This document shows positions 1 through 7,654 of a stretch of DNA of 64,000 bases, piece after piece. Positions within the stretch are counted from its first letter, which is position 1; each line of letters starts with the position of its first letter. The notes beneath the pieces were generated by a model. The model was not told where the DNA came from, made no database searches, and saw only the letters and a list, made by a program, of their open reading frames with translations. A program made the position numbers and the translations under genes. Origin of the DNA: Bythopirellula sp. (GTDB taxonomy: Bacteria > Planctomycetota > Planctomycetia > Pirellulales > Lacipirellulaceae); contig OZ244170.1 of NCBI GenBank assembly GCA_965216565.1, positions 1,446,422 to 1,510,421 of the forward strand. Direction: 5' to 3'.

Positions 1-1357
1 CCGCGAGAGCTTCCGCTCTCGTATCTAATCAGACCACTCTCCCCCACAACGGCGTTTGGCGGCGTCGCCGCTACTTCTACCTTGTTGACCAAACAAGGCG
101 CCGGGTCGCCAAACCCGGAGGCCGCTGTGGTTCCTGCGTTAGCATCGGTCTTCAACTCTGAGGTCACGTCGCTAGGGCGGGTTAGCGCCCGATCCATGTG
201 GGTAGGTGCGGCCTTCCGGCACGTCCTACTTTCCCGACCAACTTGGTCGGATTTCCCCCTACGAAACTAGAAGCTCGGGGTAACGCTCCCACACAGACGT
301 TCGCGGTTCGGCTACGTCTCCTCAGAATCTTACTGGCAAGCCCTCTCTTACCTTTTCGATTGGGCCTTTCATGGTTGAGCTTTTCACGGTCGGGCATTTA
401 ACCCGATCCCCGGAGTAGTCAACTCCGGTTTGGCCTGTCGCCAGGCTCAAAACTCCCCACGCCAGCCGCGTTGAACGAACTCGCTTGCGCAAGCCCGGAC
501 CCCACGGGCGGGATTTTCACCCACTTTGGTTGCCGATCGTTCGGCAACGAGGCGGTCGATTGCTCGACTCACCTCACCGACACGGCCTTGTTCGTTCGAT
601 TTTAGAGAACGAAGGCAAGGTTTTTCCGCATCGCCCAACTTCGTTGTCTGTCGCCTCGCGTGGAGGCCAGACCCTGCATTTCCATTCCCGCGATACTGCG
701 TGCGGGTAGGTCAGCATCTATTGGATAGAACGTCGGGATTGTTCCTTGACCGCATCACTTCTCTCTTACAACGAGAGCTTGCGACGCGCGGGTTTTACTC
801 CGACGAGCCTCCATTGAACTGAGCGAGCCACTCTCATGGCACTCAGCTCGAAGGGTCAGCATGAGCGTTTGGCAACGCCAGGGAGTTGGCAACTCCCGGC
901 CCTTATCCTCGATTGATGAGATCGAGATTCCTGGGCCTGCTGTCCCCATCAAGAGACATCAGCTCGCCCTCGTTATTCACAGCTTTATGATTGACCGCGT
1001 CTTTCGAGGGCTGCGTTGTGCATGAGCTAACGACCGCCGGTCAAACTGCGACCGACGAGTCAGCTATAGCGTACAACATCCATCAAGATCAATCAGTGAT
1101 TCGCTCAGAAATCGCTCAGCATCTCTGCCTGGATATCCGCCTCCTCCTAACCCTCCTATGCGGACTAAAGGACCACTCTCTCGACACACCCTGATGGTGT
1201 CACGCGGTTCAAGGGCCGGCCGTCGTGTCCCCTGCTGGGGACGGCCTGCTGCTTTGCCTACGGCAAAGACTTCCCCTTGACCTCGCGTGCCTGGTGACCA
1301 TCGGGGTCGAGACAGCGGCTCCACTTCTTATCAAAGTCATATCGGGAGAAAACCACG
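1..1357. other. ORF-poor, hairpin-dense non-coding block preceding the first gene of the plasmid-like island
   Basis: Only short mutually overlapping ORFs (<100 aa) without recognisable protein motifs. Many perfect 6-8 bp short-loop hairpins at 4-21, 80-98, 234-250, 410-428, 529-548, 586-620, 646-672, 881-897, 1218-1246 and 1252-1268. Frame 1 is open from position 1 to the stop at 268-270, so a gene tail entering from the left cannot be excluded. Confidence 0.5.
586..625 (+). terminator. Intrinsic-terminator-like hairpin plus T5 run inside the non-coding block
   Basis: CCTTGttCGTTC (586-597) pairs with GAACGaaggCAAGG (607-620), followed by TTTTT (621-625). Confidence 0.4.
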
Positions 1358-1765
1358 ATGACAAATACCATCAAACAACTATCGAACCATGATTTAGCTC
1401 AGTTTCACGGCGATCAACTGAGGTATCGTCATACTTTGAATCGGCGTGTGATCTACACGCCGGGCGTACAATATCTAGCAGAAGCTGGAAGCGCCTACTG
1501 GTTGATCGACGCCATTGCTTCCTACCTAACTCCCGGGGGCCTGTGCGACGCTATTCGTCACGACGAACGTATTGCTGACTTGCACTTCTGGAGCCTAACG
1601 GTGCGTGAGGATCGCAGTGCGCTGCTCGAAGCAAAGGCGGATAGCCCCTGCAAAGCGTTTATCACGCAAGTGATTCCGTACACCGACTTCCCACTCGATT
1701 CCGTAAACGTTTGGGCTGGTTACGATGGACGGATTTGGACTCTCTATTTGCCAAGTGAGCACTGA
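1358..1765 (+). CDS. Conserved hypothetical protein (resembles DUF6876-type plasmid/ICE proteins)
   Basis: 135-aa ORF with a GGGAGA Shine-Dalgarno ~10 nt upstream. The motif YTPGVQYLAEAGSAYWLIDAI recalls DUF6876 family members; this assignment is from memory only. Confidence 0.6.
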   Translation: MTNTIKQLSNHDLAQFHGDQLRYRHTLNRRVIYTPGVQYLAEAGSAYWLIDAIASYLTPGGLCDAIRHDERIADLHFWSLTVREDRSALLEAKADSPCKAFITQVIPYTDFPLDSVNVWAGYDGRIWTLYLPSEH

Positions 1766-1773
1766 GGCTCATC

Positions 1774-1800
1774 AGTCGCCGCCTGCGGGTGGCGACTTTC
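1774..1800 (+). terminator. Terminator-like hairpin after the first gene
   Basis: AGTCGCC (1774-1780) pairs with GGCGACT (1791-1797), with an inner CC/GG extension, followed by TTT. Confidence 0.45.
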
Positions 1801-1884
1801 CCGCAAGCCATTTGCGGTTTCTCGATGGATGTGATAATCCACTCCTCAACAAGCTAATTGATTAAAGTGATGGAGGAATCAGCC

Positions 1885-2220
1885 ATGAGCCAAACCAAGA
1901 AAGAGACCGAGCAATCGACCGACAAGAAGAACCCAACAAACAAGAGTCCGATCAAAGTAATTCGTTGCGGAGCTATCGCAGCGAGTATCTGGAAGCGGCA
2001 AACCTCAACTGGATTTGAGTACCTCGACTACTCAATTAGTCGAAGCTGGAAGCTCAAGAGCGGAGAACGCGAAGGCTATTCGCAAAACTTCTTTGAGGGC
2101 AACGAAGAAGCCCTATTTGAGGTTGTGAATCTTGCCAGCCGGTACATACGCGAGCAACAGATGAGCAATGAACAGCAATCAACTCCAACCGCAGACGACT
2201 CCGAAAGGCTAGCTGCGTAG
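1885..2220 (+). CDS. Small hypothetical protein, paralog of 22821..23057
   Basis: ATG at 1885 sits 8 nt after GGAGGA. It shares VR.G.I.A.(I/V)W ... ISR ... SQNF ... A...I with the ORF at 22821. Confidence 0.6.
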   Translation: MSQTKKETEQSTDKKNPTNKSPIKVIRCGAIAASIWKRQTSTGFEYLDYSISRSWKLKSGEREGYSQNFFEGNEEALFEVVNLASRYIREQQMSNEQQSTPTADDSERLAA

Positions 2221-2304
2221 GTGGACCTCGCGACCATGATTTCGACTGCCAGGGGTGGACCTCGCGGGATATCCGCCATCACCCGAGGTGGACCTCGCGA
2301 CCAT
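2220..2304 (+). repeat. Three iteron-like direct repeats GGTGGACCTCGCG(ACCAT)
   Basis: Two exact 18-mer copies at 2220-2237 and 2287-2304, plus a 13-nt copy at 2254-2266. Spacing is 34 and 33 bp. Confidence 0.85.
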
Positions 2305-2631
2305 CCCTTGGCAGTCACTTTTGAAAGAGTTTATTCCAACTGGCTAGAAAGCTTGATGATTTTCAGCGGGTAGAAGAGCTGATCGACATTCCTTCAAAGG
2401 ATCCGTTTCAAAAGTACCGTAAAAGCAAATAGGGTTCGCCTAAGATGGGTTGTTTTTTGGTCAGGGTTCGCAGCTACCTCCCCCCGCCTTTATCGACGGG
2501 CCACAACCGGCCTCTGGTCGTCTTCACTTGCAAGAAGCGCGCCAGGCTCCCTGCCACCGCCTCCGCACACCCGCCTGTCACGTTTCGTGCAGCGCTACGT
2601 CTCCCGGCGGCCGGCTGAGTCCCGGCACTTT

Positions 2632-2689
2632 GTCTTCGTCACTGGGAAGGCCTCCAAAATTTGTGAGAGGCCTCCCCAGCGACGAAGAC
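2632..2689. repeat. Long imperfect inverted repeat (about 23 bp stem, 12-nt loop)
   Basis: GTCTTCGTCACTGG (2632-2645) pairs with CCAGCGACGAAGAC (2676-2689) with one A.C mismatch. The inner stem is GGCCTC (2649-2654) with GAGGCC (2667-2672). Confidence 0.8.
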
Positions 2690-2754
2690 GTGCTGTGGTG
2701 GTCAGAGAAAAACAATCGCTGGCGGAAGGTGCCGCCACAACGGAGTACTCAGAT

Positions 2755-3276
2755 ATGACTAAAGAACGTCCCATACAAATCGAAGCGGCAAAAGACGCAA
2801 TCAAAGCCTACAAGCAATCGATTGGACAGCATGACGGTGGACTCGAACTGGCCATCGACTTGTTAGCCGACCTGCGTCACTTGCTGGAGCGAGAAGGTGC
2901 CGATGTTGATCAACTTTTTGCGACCGCAGAGTCGCATCATCAAGAGGAACGGGAGTGCAACTACAGTGGATGGACCAATCAAGAAACTTTTACGGTAAGC
3001 CTCTGGTTTAATAACGCGGAGAACTCTTATCGGTACTGGAAGGAGCAGGCCGCCAAACAGCGTTTAGCAGCACCGCAGCGCAAGCAGGTCATAGAAGGGA
3101 TTTGGTCTGAGCCCAGCGCAGCAAAGCTCTACCTGGCCGATCAAATGCAAGAAGACGTTTCAGAGGCAAATCCCCTAGAAACGGGGTCAGTTTATTCGGA
3201 GCTGCTAGTAAATGCCCTTCGTGCAGTCGAATGGACTGAAATCGCTCAAGACTTTATCGAGCTTCTGGAAGAATAA
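2755..3276 (+). CDS. Hypothetical protein (WTNQETF..SLWFNN motif typical of phage/plasmid small proteins)
   Basis: ATG at 2755 follows a GGAG ~10 nt upstream. The longer ORF from 2587 has a basic, low-complexity N-terminus and spans the inverted repeat. Confidence 0.6.
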   Translation: MTKERPIQIEAAKDAIKAYKQSIGQHDGGLELAIDLLADLRHLLEREGADVDQLFATAESHHQEERECNYSGWTNQETFTVSLWFNNAENSYRYWKEQAAKQRLAAPQRKQVIEGIWSEPSAAKLYLADQMQEDVSEANPLETGSVYSELLVNALRAVEWTEIAQDFIELLEE

Positions 3277-3282
3277 TGGTTG

Positions 3283-3315
3283 TTGCTGGGTAAGCTCATT
3301 CGGCTTGCCCAGCAA
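3283..3315 (+). terminator. 13-bp hairpin between convergent genes
   Basis: TTGCTGGGTAAGC (3283-3295) pairs with GCTTGCCCAGCAA (3303-3315). The one G.U wobble occurs only when read on the + strand. Confidence 0.5.
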
Positions 3316-3318
3316 ACG

Positions 3319-4662
3319 CTAGCGGATGGACTGATCGCGACGGGCCGACGAGCGTTTCGCTAGGGCGAATCGCTCGGCATTTCGCTTTGCCGTACCTACT
3401 GACTGACCGATAGCGACGAACTGAGCTGTCATTTCCTTTACGAGATCCCTGGCATTCAAGTCGGGCATCAAAGCTCGCTCTGGCTGGGCAGAGAATTTGG
3501 GATCACGAGGCTTGGCGAGTTCTGCCAAGTGTCGCTGCTCCTGCTTCTGTACTGCCAGAAACCAATCAGGAGGAGTCCGCTGTCCACGGCTGGCTGCTTT
3601 GAGATTATCAATCAAGAACGCTGCAGCACTACGCTTGAAGAATCCTTTTTTCTTCTGCTCTATCGCTGCCAAAGCGACGTCGCACCAAACGCGAACTAGC
3701 TTCTGGTCAAACGTCTTGAGCACCCAGCGGATACTCTGCTCGTCTAGTCCTAATCGTGTCAGTGGTTCTGTGAGGGGTGAACGCACCCGCCCGACTCCCC
3801 GGATCGCTTGGTTAAACCGGGAGCCGCGATCGAATTGAAAATAGCCGCCGTCTCTTCGTTTACCAAACCTAGGCATTCCGTTGAGATACCCTTGCTTCAT
3901 CAATACCGAACTACAGCGTTCGATCTTTGCTTTCAATTTGCTCGTCGGCTGCTCAGCTGAGAATCCCAAGGTAGCGACTGCCAGCTGACGGATGCCAAAC
4001 CGAGGCGATTGTTTGCGACGGTAGAACACCTTCTGAAGCAATAGGAAGAGTCGCCGGGTTGCCGGATCCAGGCTGCGATACAGCCCAAGGTCGAAACGCA
4101 GCGCACCTCCCGTAGCTTGGCAGAACTCGAACAGCTGAGCGTCCCATACAATCCGCCACTCACGATTAGATCCCTCGTCGAGTGGCAAGCTGTAACCAAG
4201 CAGCCCAAATCGAACCTGGCGATGTTCCTGGCGTATTGGGTCGTAAAACAGATCATTTTCGTAATGAATACCTGCAAGACGTCTGAGGGCTTCGCGAAAG
4301 AGTCGATAGGACTTTCCGCCCTTCGATTGAGGAGCAACGATTCCCAGCTGGCTCAAACAGTAATGAGGAGTGGCGTAAAACTCGGATGATGGCTCTGGCT
4401 GAGCAAACGTCAGGGCGAGTAAGCCCCAAAGGTAGAATTCGTCGCAGGCTGAGAGGCCATCTGGGCAAGTCACTCGCACTCGGGCCGTCTGCCGTTCGCC
4501 ATTCTTTCCTGTGCAACGATAGGATGTTTCGTGGCAAAAGCCTGCTCGTAGGGAGGATTTTGAATCCAGTGGACACAAGGCGTGCTCAACTAGCGTGAGC
4601 TGGGTTAAACCAAGGGTCGGTGAGATTTTTCTTTGCTGGTGCGGTTTCATAACTGGCAACAT
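3319..4662 (-). CDS. Plasmid replication initiator-like protein (RepA / Replication initiator protein A-like)
   Basis: Large ORF divergent from parAB. The N-terminal LTLVEHALCPLDS... and central LFREALRRLAG... segments resemble the RPA/RepA family by eye. The start is set at Met52 (4662) to avoid overlap with parA; alternatives are 4650 or 4815. Confidence 0.55.
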   Translation of the reverse strand: MLPVMKPHQQRKISPTLGLTQLTLVEHALCPLDSKSSLRAGFCHETSYRCTGKNGERQTARVRVTCPDGLSACDEFYLWGLLALTFAQPEPSSEFYATPHYCLSQLGIVAPQSKGGKSYRLFREALRRLAGIHYENDLFYDPIRQEHRQVRFGLLGYSLPLDEGSNREWRIVWDAQLFEFCQATGGALRFDLGLYRSLDPATRRLFLLLQKVFYRRKQSPRFGIRQLAVATLGFSAEQPTSKLKAKIERCSSVLMKQGYLNGMPRFGKRRDGGYFQFDRGSRFNQAIRGVGRVRSPLTEPLTRLGLDEQSIRWVLKTFDQKLVRVWCDVALAAIEQKKKGFFKRSAAAFLIDNLKAASRGQRTPPDWFLAVQKQEQRHLAELAKPRDPKFSAQPERALMPDLNARDLVKEMTAQFVAIGQSVGTAKRNAERFALAKRSSARRDQSIR

Positions 4663-4783
4663 CAGCCGTACCACGTCCGACGGATTTACGAAACAAACAA
4701 CTGCCGCAGCGACGAAAAAGATTGTCAGAATCTCTGCAAATGTGGCAACGTATCGGTAAGCGTTTCGAGAACTTGGCGCTGAA

Positions 4784-4796
4784 TTGCCACTGGCAA
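4784..4796. promoter_or_regulatory. Palindrome TTGCCAcTGGCAA in the rep/parA divergent promoter region (possible operator)
   Basis: 6-1-6 perfect palindrome located 30 nt upstream of the parA ATG. Confidence 0.3.
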
Positions 4797-4825
4797 TTTG
4801 GCGATCGCGTACCACCAGGAGGCAG

Positions 4826-5629
4826 ATGACTTCGACGCTATGCTTGATTAACCAGAAGGGAGGCTGTGGGAAAAGCTCGACTTGTTTTCACTTGGGTGGT
4901 CAACTCGCAGCTGACGGGGACCGTGTGCTGCTGGTGGACGCTGACCCACAAGGATCGCTGAGCCAAGCATTCTTTGGTTCCGAGCGTATCGAGAGGCTCT
5001 CCTCCAGTGAAACGACCGCCGCTCTATTTCGGACTCCAGGCACGATCGACGCCCGTGCCTTAATTGCGGTTGCCCCGTTTGAAGACCTTGACATCGTTCG
5101 GGCCAACCAACTTCTTGCTCCTCACAATTCGCCCGAGCCAGAGACACTCGGACTTGGCCAGTACGCATTCGCATCGTTTATCGAACAAATCACTGGCTAT
5201 GACTGGATCCTGTTCGATTGCCCACCCAACCTGTACGGTTGCACTTGGAACGCCCTGTTGGCGTCTGACTACGTGCTAATCCCGGTGCCACCTGAAGATT
5301 TTGGTACACAGGGCCTGAGAGCAGTCCACCAGGCGGTTGAGTCTGCTCGGCAGCTCAATTCGAGGTTACGCCAACTTGGACACGTGATCACCAGACGTGA
5401 TAGCAGGCTGTTAGTGCATCGAGCTTACGAAGAGAAGTTGCGTTCGGTTCACGCAGATGTCTTGAGAACCACAGTCCCCGAAGCTGCAGCCTTCAAAGTA
5501 GCCCTGACTTGTCGCCAACCAGTTGTCGTTGCGAATCCTCTCTCGAAAGCAGCTCAGAGCATCGTCTCTCTAGCAGCAGAGATTCGTAGTAGCATCGAGT
5601 ACCACCAGCAAGCCCAAGGTGTTGCCTAA
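4826..5629 (+). CDS. parA: ParA/Soj-family partition ATPase
   Basis: Deviant Walker A NQKGGCGKSST, followed by VLLVDADPQGS. AGGAGG lies 4 nt upstream of the ATG at 4826. Confidence 0.9.
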   Translation: MTSTLCLINQKGGCGKSSTCFHLGGQLAADGDRVLLVDADPQGSLSQAFFGSERIERLSSSETTAALFRTPGTIDARALIAVAPFEDLDIVRANQLLAPHNSPEPETLGLGQYAFASFIEQITGYDWILFDCPPNLYGCTWNALLASDYVLIPVPPEDFGTQGLRAVHQAVESARQLNSRLRQLGHVITRRDSRLLVHRAYEEKLRSVHADVLRTTVPEAAAFKVALTCRQPVVVANPLSKAAQSIVSLAAEIRSSIEYHQQAQGVA

Positions 5630-6534
5630 TGAAGACGACCCAGCAAATGCTCGCAACCGCCGATGATCACTTGGCAGAGTCGATAGGGAAGCGGAACGCA
5701 CAAACAGAGATACAACTTGCCCCGAAGCCCGTTGAGGCTGACATCGGACGGCTACCTGCTCCAGAGTTTGGTCGAATCGAGGTGAGTCGATTACAGCCAG
5801 ATCCTAGCCAGCCACGTCTTCACTTCGATGCAGAGGCTATCGAGCGTCTAGCGGCAAGCCTCAAGAGCGCTGGCCAACTCGCCCCGATCCGTGCTCGCTG
5901 GTCAAATTCGCATAAAAAATGGCTGATCGTTGCCGGGGAACGTCGCTGGCGGGCAGCTCAACACGCCGGTCTTGATACCGTCGATTGCTTTTTCTACCAA
6001 GCACCTCTCGACGAGGGTGAAATCCTTCGCCTTCAACTTGTCGAGAACCTTCTTCGCGAGAACCTCAAGCCAATTGAAGAGGCTCGCGGCTTCCGCAGGC
6101 TCATGCAGCAGCAAGGATATACCGGCAAACAAGTGGCTGAAGAGCTTTCAGTTCCAGAATCAAAGGTCAGCCGTTCACTGGCTTTGCTAAGACTGCCTGA
6201 GGACATTCAGCAGCAGGTTGACGAAGGCAAGCTGGCTCCGCGTGTTGCCTACGAACTCACCAAGGTGGCGTCCCAGGGTAACCAGCAAAAGTTGGCAGCA
6301 CTTGCAGTGTCTGGAAAAATCGGAATTAAGGACATCTGTGGATCCACACTCTCCAAGAAGAAACGCAGCTTGAGTCGCAAACGTGGGGTTCGGCTGATTT
6401 TCCCGCTCGATGATGGTTGGAATGTCACCGTATCGCGGCGGCGAAAGGGCAACTACCACGAAGTCGAGCAAGCACTAGTCGACGCCCTCGAAGACGTCCG
6501 CACACGCATTCGAGGCGGCGTGCAACTCTTCTGA
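5629..6534 (+). CDS. parB: ParB-like partition/nuclease-domain protein
   Basis: ParB/Srx box LAPIRAR...WLIVAGERRWRAAQHAGL plus a downstream HTH-like segment. TAATG start/stop overlap with parA. Confidence 0.85.
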   Translation: MKTTQQMLATADDHLAESIGKRNAQTEIQLAPKPVEADIGRLPAPEFGRIEVSRLQPDPSQPRLHFDAEAIERLAASLKSAGQLAPIRARWSNSHKKWLIVAGERRWRAAQHAGLDTVDCFFYQAPLDEGEILRLQLVENLLRENLKPIEEARGFRRLMQQQGYTGKQVAEELSVPESKVSRSLALLRLPEDIQQQVDEGKLAPRVAYELTKVASQGNQQKLAALAVSGKIGIKDICGSTLSKKKRSLSRKRGVRLIFPLDDGWNVTVSRRRKGNYHEVEQALVDALEDVRTRIRGGVQLF

Positions 6535-6594
6535 GCAATTTGCGCAGTCACTCATTACAGTTCACGAACAGTCGCGCCGAATCGTTTAGCCGCG

Positions 6595-6615
6595 CCGAGC
6601 GAGATTATCGCTCGG
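6595..6615 (+). terminator. 8-bp hairpin after parB (no U tract)
   Basis: CCGAGCGA (6595-6602) pairs with TCGCTCGG (6608-6615). Confidence 0.35.
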
Positions 6616-6707
6616 GTTCCTGTGAGTGACCTGAATCTCTTTCGACTCGATCGTCATCAGAATATCTGACGCTACCTAGACTGAGTTCGCTTGGGTGACG
6701 AATAACT

Positions 6708-7589
6708 ATGATCAAAAACTGGTTAAAACAATCCTCGTTCTCGAAGGGCAAGACACTTAGCATCCTGCTGGTTCCCTGCGGAATCTGGCTGTTACTAGTG
6801 GGGTCCATCTCAGCTGCCATTTTATACATCGCGGTCGTGATAACCATCATGGCTCTGTCGCAATTGCGGATCTGGACTCGTCTCGAAACATTTTTGCAAG
6901 CAGATGAATTACCAAGCGTTGTGCTTGCTGTTGCAGCCGATGCGACTGCGTATGGGCTCTTTCAGTCGATCGGCCAATCACTTCGCGAAATGTCCGCCAA
7001 CCAAGATCCGATTTACCGCGAGCTGGCTCTCGGTCGATTACGACAAATCAGCGAAGAAGCGTCGGCGGTTGCGACGGGGCGAATCGAGTTCCATGGTACC
7101 GAAGCATGGCGACGGGCCTATGAGCAACTACTACGCAGCCGCGGACTCTACAGCTATCGGTCCGTCGCTTATGCCTGCACGCCGAATTACTGGCAAGACG
7201 AACCGGGGCGCCAGAGCATGCAAGTGAACCTTGAGCTAGCGAGCAGTGGCCTTGCCATCCAGCGCATTGTCATTGTTCCCGAAGCCTACTGGCCACAAGG
7301 TGAGCGGTTTCCAGTCGAGCCCCTTGGTAAATGGCTCGATCAACAAGTTCGGGGTGGAATTGAAATCTCGATTGTGGCCGGATCATTGCTTTCTGGAGAC
7401 CTAGACCTCATGGCCGACTTTGGGCTCTACGGCAATCGAGCGGTCGGCTTTCAGCGTCTCGACGAGCAGGGCAGGACCCTGCATTTCTCCCTATCTTTCG
7501 ACTTCGCAGAGCTACTTGCTACCGAACGTCGCTGGGACCGCCTCACACTCCACGCCACCCCTTACGAAGCATTGCTGCAAAAAACTTAG
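6708..7589 (+). CDS. Membrane-anchored hypothetical protein (N-terminal TM pair plus cytosolic domain of unknown function)
   Basis: 293-aa ORF with hydrophobic N-terminus LSILLVPCGIWLLLVGSISAAILYIAVVITIMAL. The C-terminal ~200 aa contain ..IQRIVIVPE..DFGLYGNRAVGF.. with no catalytic motif I recognise. Confidence 0.6.
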   Translation: MIKNWLKQSSFSKGKTLSILLVPCGIWLLLVGSISAAILYIAVVITIMALSQLRIWTRLETFLQADELPSVVLAVAADATAYGLFQSIGQSLREMSANQDPIYRELALGRLRQISEEASAVATGRIEFHGTEAWRRAYEQLLRSRGLYSYRSVAYACTPNYWQDEPGRQSMQVNLELASSGLAIQRIVIVPEAYWPQGERFPVEPLGKWLDQQVRGGIEISIVAGSLLSGDLDLMADFGLYGNRAVGFQRLDEQGRTLHFSLSFDFAELLATERRWDRLTLHATPYEALLQKT

Positions 7590-7654
7590 GAAATCGACTG
7601 GATCGATCAGCATAGTGTACGTAAGATCAGTACACCACGGCCCCGGAGACAGCG

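Noticed and set aside
1-700. Short matches to rRNA-like strings on the minus strand, for example GTATCTAATC near 22-31 and CGGGATTTTCACCCACTTTGG near 507-527, which resemble 16S/23S blocks. These suggested a possible rRNA gene or fragment.
   Set aside because: The flanking universally conserved rRNA blocks are absent: no TTACCGCGGCTGCTGGCAC, GGTTAATATTCC, GAAGGAACTAGGCAAAAT or GACGGAAAGACC counterparts. The spacing between the matches is also inconsistent with any rRNA, so they are treated as chance or remote similarity.
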